In this document: one piece after another, positions 13,100 through 26,390 of the stretch
Position numbering within the stretch: position 1 is the stretch's first letter
Layout: each line of letters starts with the position of its first letter
NCBI RefSeq assembly: GCF_009914755.1
Contig: NC_060928.1
Strand: one strand, 5' to 3'
Source of the DNA: the human T2T-CHM13v2.0 reference genome, Homo sapiens
DNA: 64,000 bases
Notes under the pieces: generated by a model
Databases searched by the model: none
Told to the model about the DNA's origin: nothing
The model's input: the letters and a program-made list of their open reading frames with translations, nothing else
Translations under genes and position numbers: made by a program

Positions 13100-13270
13100 A
13101 TCCTGGAGTCAGGAATCAGGAGTCCTCAGTTCCATCCTGGCTCTGTCTCTCTCTAGCTCTGTGATCTCATATAAATCACATAAGCTCAGTTTCCCCACAT
13201 AACCTCAGTTCCTCATTTGTAAAATGATGGGACTTCATGATGTAGAATGTTTCTAAGTTCTGTCTAACCT
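13100..13270 (+). mobile_element. MIR
   Basis: ctggctctgtc...ctagctctgtgatct...cctcagttcctcatttgtaaaatg core. Confidence 0.65.
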
Positions 13271-13545
13271 TTGTGAATGGATGAGAGGTTATGTGCTTTG
13301 AACTTTTGGAGAATACGGCATTAAATGTGAATTCATGCCTACTTTCAACCTGCACTGCTCTGATTGCCAAGTCTACTGAGAATCATTTTAAAGTTTCCCA
13401 AAATATGTAAGATCCCAAATCCTTCTGTTTTCCCTCACATGTCCTTTCAGGAAACCCAAAATCTGTTTCCAAAATCCAAAGTGTGAGGACACTTTCAATG
13501 CTGCAGCAACCAAGATTGGTGTTGATCTGGCAGTATTCACTCTCA

Positions 13546-13928
<383 letters not shown>

Positions 13929-14893
13929 TCAGGTACAGGCAAGACGCTCCACTGACCTGGCTGGGCCACGTGGCTGCAGCTCTCACATGACATTCGCTGA
14001 CACCAGGGCCACGTGACAGGCCCCCACATACATGTGTGCAGCACATACAGCTTCCAAAACATTTTATACACATGATCTTATGTGATCCTTAAAGCAGCTA
14101 CATGAGGTGGGCTGGGAAATTATTAAAACCTAATCTGGCAGATGAAGAGGGAAGTTAGTGGTTTTTCCAAAATCACATCACATGCAAAAGAACGGACAAA
14201 TCTTGGCCCTGAGGAAAGTGATCCTCCCCTCATCCCTCATCATCTTTTGGTACACACAGTTGCTACGGAATGATCCACAGGTCACGGCTTCCCATTTCCC
14301 TTGTCTTTCCCAAGAAGCCCCAGCTCTCTCCATGCTCTGGATTCTGAGGGGTCTCCCCTGACCTCTCACCTCCTTGTCTGGGGGCATCATCTTGACGTGT
14401 CTCTTCTCACACTCTTCCCACACCCTGTGCTCCCCAGGGTCGGGCTGGCCTCACCGTGTGGGAACACCCTTGGGCTGCACAGCTGAGCTCTGCCTGCTTG
14501 CCCTGGGCCTTCTTTGTGTCTTTGGTCACAGCACACATATCAAAAGCCATCACTCAAAACATCAGGCACACCTGAGATTTCCTGGGATTGGCTGAGGAGA
14601 GGATTTACAGAGCCCAGCTGCCCTCGGCAGCTCCATTTGTCACTGCCTGAGAGAGATTAGCATGGCTCCTTGTCGCACACCTTATGTAGGTGAGAGGGAT
14701 AGAGGTTTGTTTGTACAATAGCTGCCAGGCGGCTGACTGACCTTGGTAAAAAGGGAGATAATTACACAGCTGTTCAGGAACAAAAGCAAAAAAAAAAAAA
14801 AAAAAAAAGGGAACATAAGTGAACTGTGCTCAGCAGTACAATTTTTCTCTTTGGGGGATGCCTGGTGTTACTTTGAACTGCTATTCTTGGTTA

Positions 14894-15169
<276 letters not shown>

Positions 15170-16044
15170 TCAGCTTTATATGACAACCTCACACCTCCTA
15201 TAAGGAAGAGCCTGCTGTGCAAGATTCTCTGTGCAGACCCTCACAGAAGCCGCCTGGGGATCTCTTGTGGACAGCCTCAGGCCTTTCCCTAGGATAATGC
15301 TAAGTCAGGTATGGGCATCTCTAAAAACAAAACAAATTGAAATCTACAGTAGCAGTCTGCAGGGAAGGCTTTCTCTCAAAGCTGAGGAATTATAGGGCGA
15401 GGGTGGACAAAGATGCTTAAGGTAAAGCTGTATTTGTGTTAGGCTTTCCTTTAACTCACAGATTTCCTGAGCTGTTTTAAAAGCTGTGGGGAGTTTTCTT
15501 AAGTTTGCACCCTGTGTGTGACCCAGAGTTCAGGTTTCCAGGTAGTTCTGCAGGCCTTATTATTCTGCTATTGTTCCTGATCCATTGTTCATTACCCATT
15601 CTATAGAATTCTTCTCAATTCCTCTTCCTGTCAATTTCCTCTAAGAAACAGAGTTCTCTGAATTATTATTTTTTTCTTCAAGCTAGAAATATTACGGCTT
15701 ATGGAGCATGTGAGACAGTCCCCGCCATGTGCTGATTACACAGACCCCTGTACCAGAAATCAGAAGGAAAGGAGTCAGACTTGAATCAAAGAAATGTCTC
15801 TGGCACACAGGCCTTCAAATTGATGGCTGGAGCCTGTCTTTTAAGAACAAATTAATTCATTATAGGAAAAACCCTAACTAATTGAAAGGTCTAAATTCTT
15901 CAGGTTCTCTTGTGATCCTGGGAAATGCTAGACCGTGAGCATCTTGATGGAGGATGTGAACTGCCACTTCCTCACAGGCAGCAGGCAGGTGCTGAATAAG
16001 TGCTTGCTGAATGAATGAATGAATCACGCCAAGGGGCATGTTAC

Positions 16045-16293
16045 CTGTTCCGCCAAAATCTGCTGCTGCTGCTGCTGCTGCTGCCTTTGCTCCCGCAGGA
16101 ACTGTTGCTTCTGCTGCTCTATCAACTGGGCCCGCTGATCAATGAGCATCTGCTTCATGATGGCTGCTTGGGGCTGGCTGCCCAGGAAGCCGGGGCCTGC
16201 GGGACTGGCTCCTGAGACCATGCCACCTGAGCCTGGGGGCACGGAGGACTGCATGGGGCCTGTGGTTCGGGGAAGTCCAACTGGATGCTGCTC
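16045..16293 (-). CDS. MAML3: MAML3 internal exon (249 nt): EQHPVGLPRTTGPMQSS...LREQRQQQQQQQQILAEQ
   Basis: Acceptor ctctctcttgtcttcccag|GAG and donor GAACAG|gtaaca, phase 0/0. Lies within ORF 16024..16305 and contains (CAG)8. Confidence 0.95.
16060..16083 (-). repeat. MAML3: (CAG)8 coding trinucleotide repeat (polyQ)
   Basis: Eight ctg units on the plus strand. Confidence 0.95.
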
Positions 16294-16942
16294 CTGGGAA
16301 GACAAGAGAGAGGGAGATGCAGGGATTCCCCATAGAGACTCACTGCTGTTTGAAGGGAAGCCCCTGGAAAAAGGGAACGGGGCAGAAGTCCCAGCTTATG
16401 GACTGGAGGGTTTTTGAGTGGCACGCATTGCATTTCCATAAACGTAGCTTCAAACCCGACCTTACCTGAGTAGAATGAGAGAGGCCACAAGGGACAGTAA
16501 GAGAGCATGGCTCTGGGAAGTCCAAGGCCAAGTCCAGTCTGTTTCGGATGGGACTGACTATTGCATATAGACTGGATTTTCAACTAACATCCTGTGTTCC
16601 TCCAAGGAAAGGGAATAAGCCCTCAGGCTGAGCTCACCTAAAGTCTGGAACACGAGACACATCCTGACCTCACCTGTTAATCCTTATTTCTTACTGTCTA
16701 CTTGGCCAAAATGGACGTCTTCTTTGCAAGTAGGAGGGACATTTGCAGAAAACTGCAGGAATTTGTTAATCAACAGATCTGATATTTGATGGAATTCTAA
16801 CGAGTTGCAACATTTGAGAGCTTAGATATATGTCAGAAAGAAAAATCCTCCTGGCCAGAGTTGTTGATGGTGAGAACTGGGAATGTTTTACACTGATCAA
16901 AGCTATGTAATCTCCTAATATTTTTAAAAATAGAATTGAGTC

Positions 16943-17059
16943 GGCCGGGCGCGGTGTCTCACGCCTGTAATCCCAGTACTTTGGGAGGCCCAGTACTTTG
17001 GGTGGATCACGAGGTCAGTTCGAGACCAGCTTGGCCAAGATGGTGAAACCCTGTCTCTA

Positions 17060-17096
<37 letters not shown>

Positions 17097-17251
17097 AGCC
17101 AGACATGGTGGTGGGCACCTGTAATCCCAGCTACTCGGGAAGCTAAGGCAGAGAATTGCTTGAACCCGGGAGGCGGAGGTTGCAGTGAGCCGAGGTCGCG
17201 CCACTGCTTTCCAGCCTGGGCGACAGAGTGAGACTCTTTCTCAAAAAAAAA
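16943..17251 (+). mobile_element. Alu (S/Y-type) with A33 linker
   Basis: TSD agaattgagtc; pure A run at 17062-17094. Confidence 0.95.
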
Positions 17252-18202
17252 GAATTGAGTCTTCTATGTCTGGGATAATTTAAACATGGGGTGTTGGATT
17301 GGGTCTCTTGATTCTGTAATTATATGTCAGCCAGTCGAATGATGGCAACTTTTAAGGACTGGTCCTTAGGGAAGAGGAGGTCAAGTGGTAAAGACCTAAT
17401 TCCACACAGCCCAGGTGACTACATGGAGAATGTGCTCAAAGGCGAAGTTTATGCTCTGAGCTGGACAGTGTAGACTATTAGGGGAAAACAGTGAATGGGA
17501 AGAAAAGGTGTGTGGCCCAGATTCAATTTCTAGACACTTCCTTTCCTATTTTTTCTACCAAGACTACCTAGCAGTGGCAAGTATGTTCTGAACATTCTGC
17601 AGAAATTCCTTCTACCTCACTGAAGTTTCAAGTAATTAATGTGAAATGGAGGAGTTGACACAGATTAAATGGGCACACATATAAGGACATTCACAGTCAT
17701 TTTGTGAAGCACTATTATGAGACCTAAATAGCAAGAAGCAAATGTGAATAACTCTGTCATTTAAAAATTTTAAAATCCAAATTGGATTTTAATATTTTTC
17801 TTCTTTTTACTTTATTGCCTTTCCAATGCAGATACCGTTAAACATATTGGCAGTTTTTTCTCAAAGCAAATAGGTGAAGTTTCTCTCTGTCTCTCCTAGA
17901 GAGACCGTCCTGGATTTGATTCCCTATGGCTTGGGCTTGTGTTCCTCCCTTCCTTCTGTGGTGTGCTGTAGAACCATGCAGGCTTCCCTCTCCACTATGA
18001 CTGACTTCAACTGCATCTTCAGTTGCTCTTCTTCCCTCCAAACAAAACAAAACAGCAAAGCAAACAAAAGCCAAACCAAACCAAAACGCTACTCCTCTTA
18101 CCCTAGAAACAATCACCCAAGAAGCTCTGGTTTGTTCGTGCAGTAGCTTAGGTCACACAATCAATGAATGGAAGACACAGAACTAGCAGAACTAGAACGC
18201 TA

Positions 18203-18321
18203 TTTTTTTTTTTTTGTAACAGATAGCTTGTCTTTACTTTTTTAAAAAATGTAACTTAAAATTAAAAAAAAAATTTCCATAAGTTATCGGGGTACAGGTG
18301 GTATTTGGTTACATGAGTAAG
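18203..18321 (-). mobile_element. Severely 5'-truncated L1 (L1PB-like 3' end) plus extra 3' sequence and poly(A)
   Basis: Minus strand cttactcatgtaaccaaataccacctgtaccccgataacttatggaaa, then ~58 nt, then A13. Flanked by agaacgct(g)atttt. Confidence 0.75.
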
Positions 18322-19183
18322 CAGAACGCTGATTTTGATTCTCAATTCAGTATTCCTACTAGCTCAGGCCTCTCCCAGGCAGTGTCTTCATGGTGTTAAG
18401 TGTGCACCTAAGAACAGCCTGTAGACCTATATACTGTGTCTCTCATAAGTGTACTGCGTTCTATTTTTTATGTGTAAATGCTGTAGCTGAAATTAATAAA
18501 ATGTTTTGCCTTTGTGTATTTTCTCTATAAATACACAAAGACAGCTAGGAAATATTTTTGATGTTAATAAAAAGATCTTACACTAAAAAATGCCAGGAAC
18601 CTTTGTGCTACCAAAAAGTTTACTTCAGGACTAACCCTTGCAGGGGCCTAGATATTTCAGGGTCTTCCCTTTTCCCCCAAATATTTGCTACCTGTTTTCC
18701 AAGCCCTTCCTTCCAGTGAAATAAAGCTGTTTCTTGGCACCTTTAGGGACAAATGGCTGATTGGCTTTACACTTTAACAAATGAATTCACACTGACATAT
18801 AAACAGCCAATCAGCAAAAATGCAGATATGTAGTTTGTTTTTTCTGTCTCAGTATATTTGATACTTTCCAGTTTTGATAAGGAGGAGAGAGTTGGAAAGA
18901 AAATGAGGCCCAAGGGAAGATAAAGTTTTCTTCAGCTTGATTTTTTGAGAGGGTTGGTCTGGGATGGCCCTGTTTATCTTTGTGCACTTTGAGATATGCT
19001 TGTCCTGTGTGACCAGCCCGCACAGCTGGGGAAGTGGTAAGGAGTGAAGAAGTGTTGCTTTCCCAGCCTCCTCTCCACTGGGAAAAGAAAGAGAGAGGCA
19101 AATGGGGTGACGACGATACATCAAACCACTTTTTGCCCGTGTCTTCCTGGGCCAAGAAGAAATACTTCAAAAGCACAGTGTGA

Positions 19184-19797
<614 letters not shown>

Positions 19798-20429
19798 TAA
19801 TACATGGCTTCTTTTAACCTCCAGTCTCAGAGGGCTTAATGAGAAATAGTCTGTCAAATTTCAGGATTTCAAGCCACTGCTCTTGTTTCTAAGAAGGACA
19901 CACACTGTGTTGTGCAATTAGAGAAAACCAGGCTGAGCTTTCGTCATGCGAGATGTAATGCCTTGAAGCCAAATGATGCAGTATTTTTAGTTGTAATTAC
20001 TGGCTTGTTCTCCAATCCACTCCTTGCCCAACGACCTCCCTTGCTTCTCCCAAGAATCTTAATACAGTTTCTTCCCCTCAAAAATCCAACTGTGGCTACA
20101 TAGATCTTCACTACTCGCCCAACCCTCTGACTCTTCAGTAAAATAAAGGGAGGAGAAAGAAATCAAAACCAACGAACCTATTTTACATATCTTCCCCTCC
20201 AGGGAAAAGATCTTAGCAATTTTCTAAAGGCTAGAGTGAGGTAGGAGGTGTCAAAAGCACCCTTACCTCCCCCAAACAGGCAGTTTTCGACTTCAAAAAA
20301 CAGTTGTGGTAAAAATATCTCCCAAGAACAGCCAGCTGTTTATTTATAAATCTGTGCGTAGGGAAGCTTTATTTTTCTGAAGTGTTTTCAAGAACATGCA
20401 TAGTGTTTGGGTGAGAGGGGCCAGCCTTG

Positions 20430-21650
20430 CTGGCGGCGAACCAAAGAGCAGGGAATCACAAAAGACGGCCGGCGGCGAGCAGGCTGGGGTGACGGGGACC
20501 CCGTGGATAACGGGCTTGAGGACGCCCAGGGCTTCAGCCTTTTCCAGGCGTCCCTCGCCGGGGCAACGCAGAGCAGCTGCCGTTCTTCCCGCGCCCCAGC
20601 AGATGGTGGTGTCAGCCCGGCCTCGTGCCCGGCCGCCGCTGCGCCCGCGCCCCCTCCCCTCGCAGATGGCTTAATCAGGGCTCCCGCCCGCCCCTCCGCG
20701 GCCCCCGCCCCGCGCGTCTGGGCGAGCGCTGCGAACGTGGAGCCAGGCAGTCAAGTGTTACTGCGTACAGCAGGTAGCCTGGCAACTGAGAGCACAATAC
20801 CGAGCAGATGGTGTTCGCACGGCGTGATGGACATCACACACGACAGCCTGAGACAATCCAGGAATTCCCTGGTGACTCGAGGCCCTCTTTGCACAAAATG
20901 AGTTCTCTCTCCATTGCCGTGTATCTCTGGGGTTATCTGCCCCCCTCCTCCGACTGACACTGAACTGGTTTCTCATTACCGACTTTTCTTCCAGCCGGAG
21001 GGGAGGAAGAATTCAAGTGGGGGAGGGCGCGGGAAGGGGACGTGGAGGGAAACGGAAGGGCTGGGAGTGGGGTAGGGGGGCAGTGGCGACCTCCGGGGGG
21101 GGAGGGTGGCGGACACCAGACCCCAGGGCCGACAGCCCGGGAGGGACCGGGTTCCAGGACCCCAGCTGCACAAAGCCGGCCCGGGGAGGGGGCGATAAGG
21201 AGCGAGCCTCGGGTCGGCCCGGCACCGCTGCTTCGGCTCAGAGTCCTTGCAATCGCTTGGCCTACGAACAACCTAAATGAAATTTAGGGTTTTATTGAAA
21301 AAGTCCCCTGGGGCCTAATGTAGCCTCTCGACTCCAGCCTATATGCTTACAAGTCCTCAGGGGACTCCGGCTAGGAAGTCAGGAGTGGGGCCCGTGCGTC
21401 CCCGGCAGGACCTAGACTGCCTCTCGGCGCAGGCGGCCCTAACAAAGAAGCCCACGAGGCGGTCCCGGGCGCGGGCAGGGGCGGTGCGGCGGCGCTCGGG
21501 AGACCCGCGAGGGGCCCTGGAGGTCCTCGGCCCGCGCGCGCCGCTCGGGAGCCCGCGAGGCTGCGGTGTGCTCCAGCGGGCGCATTTCCCAGGCCCCGCC
21601 ACATCGTGTGTGTTAGTGGCTGGGAAGGACACGAGGACAGAGATGAGGAT
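20430..21650. promoter_or_regulatory. Intragenic CpG island
   Basis: Sharp rise in GC and CpG (gcgcccgcgc, cccgcgcgcg), GC boxes (ccccgccc, ggggcgg) and G-runs, against a CpG-depleted background. Confidence 0.88.
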
Positions 21651-21726
21651 TGTTCGTGGCAGGAAAGAGTAAAAATAAATCAATGCATAAACAAAAAGGA
21701 TGCCCCAGAAAACCTGTGCTTTTCAG

Positions 21727-21768
21727 ACACACACACACATACACACACACTCACTCACTCACTCACTC
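21727..21768. repeat. (CA)n-(CACT)n microsatellite
   Basis: Direct reading. Confidence 0.9.
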
Positions 21769-22277
21769 TGAATTGGGTCAAGTAAAAAAAAATTTTTTTT
21801 AAAGGAAGGAATCTTTAGCCCAACTGGGATTTCGACGAAATTGTATATATCAAAAGATAGCTACATCCAACCTCTCACCAGAATCCAGAGGCTTTCTCCT
21901 GCAAAGATACTATTGAAAGTTTTATTAGTAAGTTTGAGAAGGCGAAAGTATGTATCAGAGGTGAAAGCTAACATGACAATTGCTTGGCCAAAGAGCGCAG
22001 CAGTTTTATGTTATTGAGCAGCACAGGATGAATCGAACACCCACGATGGCTAGACAGAGGCGCCTGGCTGTGACTCCCAGAGGTTCAGGCAAGCCATCTG
22101 ACCTCTCTCAGTCCCCACCCCCTGAAATGAAAACCATACTCATAAGACTCCTTGACAATGGAAATTTTGGAGGTGACATAGTTAATGAAGTGTCATAGAA
22201 AGGAAATAGCTAAGAATACTCTAAAACCTCCCCATTCCCAGTATGGGCAATTTGGGAAAAATGAGTAACTAAAAATT

Positions 22278-22442
22278 AGGGGTTCTCAAAGTGTGGTTCC
22301 AGGATCAAATGCATTAGTCCCCACCTGGGAGCTTGTTAGAAATGCAAATTCCCAGGCTCCCCTCTAGGCCTCCTGAATTAGAACTTTTGGGGGTGTTTTA
22401 ACAAGCTCTCCAGGTGGTTACGATGTCCCATAGAGAATCATT
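22278..22442. mobile_element. MER5A-like element
   Basis: ggttctcaaagtgtggttcc...cacctgggagcttgttagaaatgcaaattcccagg. Confidence 0.7.
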
Positions 22443-23869
22443 GGGGCAAATAATCCTGTGCCCTGATTAGATTGCAAAGCTGCACTTTCAAAAGCAAGTC
22501 AGGGTGCTGAGTTGCTTAGTTTCTATTGCAAAATTTCCTGCTTTGGAACAAAATTTTCAAAATTTTCAGAGGGTTGCTCAGGCCAGTGATGTTTGCAATG
22601 CAAACCCAAGAATTCTGAAAGGAGCCCATGGCTGAAAGGAGCCAATTCTTCCAGGACGGACTACTCCAGTTGCAACTGTGCTGTGGAGGCTGAGGAGCAT
22701 CCATGACTGAGGAAGGGCGAGTCCCCTATAATGCCCTTGCTAAGGGGAGCATCAGACATCCCTAGACTTACAAGTCCCTCGTGTAATAAGGTGAACTATG
22801 GAAAGCTATGATTTGAGGAAAGTTCCCTCTGATTGAAAGAGTTCTTCAAATATGAAGAATGTAACACTTATGGGGCACCTACTCATTGCAAAACACTCTA
22901 CTAGGGGCTTTCACCTGTATGTTTAACTCATTTTGTTGATTTTTTTTTTTTAAGCCCAAATTTCTGAGAAGTTAAGGAACTTGTCTGATGTCCCACAGCT
23001 GGTGGTGGCGTCTCTGGGATTCTGACTTTTCCACTGACCATAACATGCATCTGGTCTAAATTGAGCGGACCACCCAGGAGGACGTTGGAATAAAAAGAAA
23101 TGGGAAGGGGGTGGGGAGAGGAATGGGCATAGAATAAAAAGGTAGAAACCCTTGGGATCAAAGGATGCAACTGAAAGAGCACCAAAATATGCATCATTTT
23201 TTTTAATATGTTGTCTGGTACCCAAAATTGGGATGCCTCTGTGGTATCAACTTTGACATTTAAAGAAAGGGCATAAGATTAGATCATTCAACCATAAGTG
23301 GAAGGAAGAAACAAAATAAAATAAAACCTTACAATTCCCTTTGAAGTTGATCAGGTGTCAAGGCAGTGATTTGGTTTTCTTTTACAAACTTTCTTTTTCC
23401 AGAAAAATTTTTACTGTGGGTTTGGAGAGGTGTTTACAATAAATTCATAGCAGAGCTCCAAAAGGGCCCACCCCATCTAATATCCTCTGTCTCAGCAGAT
23501 TATTGAAGAAGATTGGATTAAAAGGTTTGTTTTGTGATGTGTGATGGTTGTGTCCCCAAGATGATTGAGTTTGAGGCAGAGTTCATCAATTTAGGAGGCT
23601 TATCACTGAAGCAGCAATACCTTGGGGCCCAATGCGAAGGCTGCTAAATGGGTCCAGCAAAGCTCTTGGTTCAGCTTCTAGAAAGGAACAGTGTACATTG
23701 GGGGAACCCCACAGGCCTGGGTAGAAACTCAGCTCCACCATGGGCCCAGTGACTGGCACATAACAAACAGCTTGTGGTTGTTATTCTTACTGCCGAAACC
23801 TCTTGATCATGCAGGGCATCCTTCAGGGTGAGGGAAGTGCTGTGTTTCTGGTGCTAGCTTTAGCTCCTA

Positions 23870-24213
<344 letters not shown>

Positions 24214-24317
24214 TTATTTTAGGAGCTAAATGCTTAATTGATAGGGCAATTACTTAAAAAATATACATTTTGCCGATTCCTTCCTCTGCTTCCCAATTGC
24301 TGGGGAACATTTGAAAA

Positions 24318-24405
24318 ACAATGCAGAAAAGTATAGATAGAAAAAAAGGTACAGAGAAAAAAAAATGCAGAAAAGTATAGATAGAAAAAAAGTATACAGA
24401 AAAAA
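24318..24405. repeat. Tandem duplication (~44 bp x2) aaatgcagaaaagtatagatagaaaaaaa...
   Basis: Direct reading. Confidence 0.85.
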
Positions 24406-25855
24406 GCTAACACTCATTTTTTACACTCAAAGGTAACCACTGTTAATATTTTGATGTGTTTTTATATTTCCTCCTAGTTTTATCCCAGATGCAATAACAT
24501 ATTTTTATGCTTATGATCATGGTATATACACAATTACACACACCTACTGATTCTTAACTAAGTAACATGGGAGAGGTAGAAGCTTCTAACTTTCCAAGTG
24601 CTTCCAAGTGATCATTTCCTGGCAGGATGATATCCTTATGGCATCCTTCCTGGCAAGGCTTTTAAGCTCCTTTGGGACCAAGACTATGAGTCTTCCCAGT
24701 ATCCAGCACAGAGCTAGGGCCACAGCTGCAGCAAAATACAGATTTACTGAACTCAACTGACTAATTGGCTGGGATGAATTCTAGCCTAAACCAACATCAG
24801 GTATAACTGGAGATGACAAAATGATGGCCCTATAATGGACAGCTTCTCCGAGCTCCTGAGCTGACCCTCTGCTGAACGTTAAAGAAAGGGTTAAAGTTGG
24901 CAGTCCAGTGCTAAATGTGAGAATGCCACCAGCCACAGGAAGGTCAGCCTTTCAAGGCCCTTTTTTGCAGGGATAAAAGCAACAAAAATACCATTTGTCC
25001 TTATCAGTGCTTTGAACATAGTTACCATAAGTCCCTCCAATGGAAACACAACTTTGAGAGTTATGCTTTTCGTCTGCCTTTGATGTAAGTTATAGAGTCC
25101 TTTTGATCCCTTTCTTGTGATTAATTCCACCACCAAAGCAATTCTACATTGGTTAAAAGTTCATTAGTGTACAACAATAGAAGCTTGATTAAATAAATTA
25201 TGGTACATCCATACCATGAATACTAGGCAGCCAATAAAAATCATGCCTCCTTAGACTATCTAATCACATAGGAAAAAGCTTACCATATATAGTTAAGAAA
25301 GGCAGGGGAAGAAAGCAGTTTCTTTTTTTTTTTTTTTCCTTTATGTCCTCAGGTGTTAAAACTAAAAAAAAAAAAAAGAAAAAAGCAGTTTCTAAAAACA
25401 CTAGCCACTGGATAGTCTTGTTAGACAAGAATTATAAGGGATTTTTATTTTTAAACTTTTTCAAATTTTATATTATGAATATATATTACTTTTAGTATTA
25501 TTTTAAAAAGCTTGTTAAGAATAACGCTAAACTATTATGGAATGAAATGTAGAGTTCAAGAGGGGCCCAGGTTATGTCTGGGACCTGGACTATTTCTCCC
25601 TGAGCCCACCTTACGCTCTAGAGGGTGTAACAGACATGCTTAAGTGGCAGGTCCCCTTTTAAAACCTGTACATGGCTTCCACAACTGGGCTTGGATACAG
25701 GTTCAGCAACTAGGTCGGCTTTACATTGCTGCCACAAAGAGCTCCTAAGTCCCAGAGGAAGGGTACTGACCATCTTCCAAGAATTCTTTGGTCTACCTGG
25801 ACAAGCCTGCTCTCTGTGGCACCACCCAGCTCTCTGTGGCTTTTCTCTGTCTTAG

Positions 25856-26390
25856 GCTTGAAGCCACAGTGCATGGCCAGAACCAGCCAGACCTTTGGAG
25901 TTCAAGAACTCGAGAGGTGGGTGAAAACTGCCATTGCCTCCACAGACTGTCTTCTCCGTGGAAAGAAGACCTGAGTCACCAGGGCTGGGAAACCTGCACC
26001 ACTGAGACGAGCACAGCCTCTGCCGGCATGCAAGTGGCCGCTGTCAGGACACATGGACTGAAAGTGGTTTGTCAGCTGCTCCATTAGGTTTTTTTTACCC
26101 ATATGTTTGCTACCTTTCTTTCCTTGATTTAAAAATAGGGAGGGGGAGCAGTCTCAGCTGTCTTCAGCTGCTAGGGAGATTTTTTTCCCCCTCCTGAGCT
26201 ACTGTTTCCCCCAACCCGAGCCTTTCTCTCTTATTGTACCCACCCTTTCTGATGAAGTCATCAAAGCAAAGATTGCATAACTGATGCATAGGCCTATCTT
26301 GTGTTATACTGGGAGACAGGCCAATGTTTCCATTAATAGACAAGAGCACCACCACGCTGCCAAATGGAGCTCTCTGCTGCAACCACTACA
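25856..26390 (+). other. Candidate antisense non-coding terminal exon (possibly the long 3'-UTR isoform of neighbouring MGST2)
   Basis: Good plus-strand acceptor ttttctctgtcttag|G at 25855/25856. The position fits my recollection that MGST2 has an isoform ending ~24 kb inside MAML3. The 3' end is uncertain and there is no canonical AATAAA. Confidence 0.4.

Noticed and set aside
14410-14465. Two RBPJ/CSL-like sites (ttcccaca and tgtgggaa) suggesting Notch autoregulation
   Set aside because: Orientation and spacing do not fit a paired SPS site (head-to-head, 15-17 bp), and isolated TGGGAA hits are expected by chance in 64 kb.
20396-21683. Pro/Arg/Gly-rich ORFs up to 164 aa
   Set aside because: Explained by stop-codon scarcity in a CpG island.
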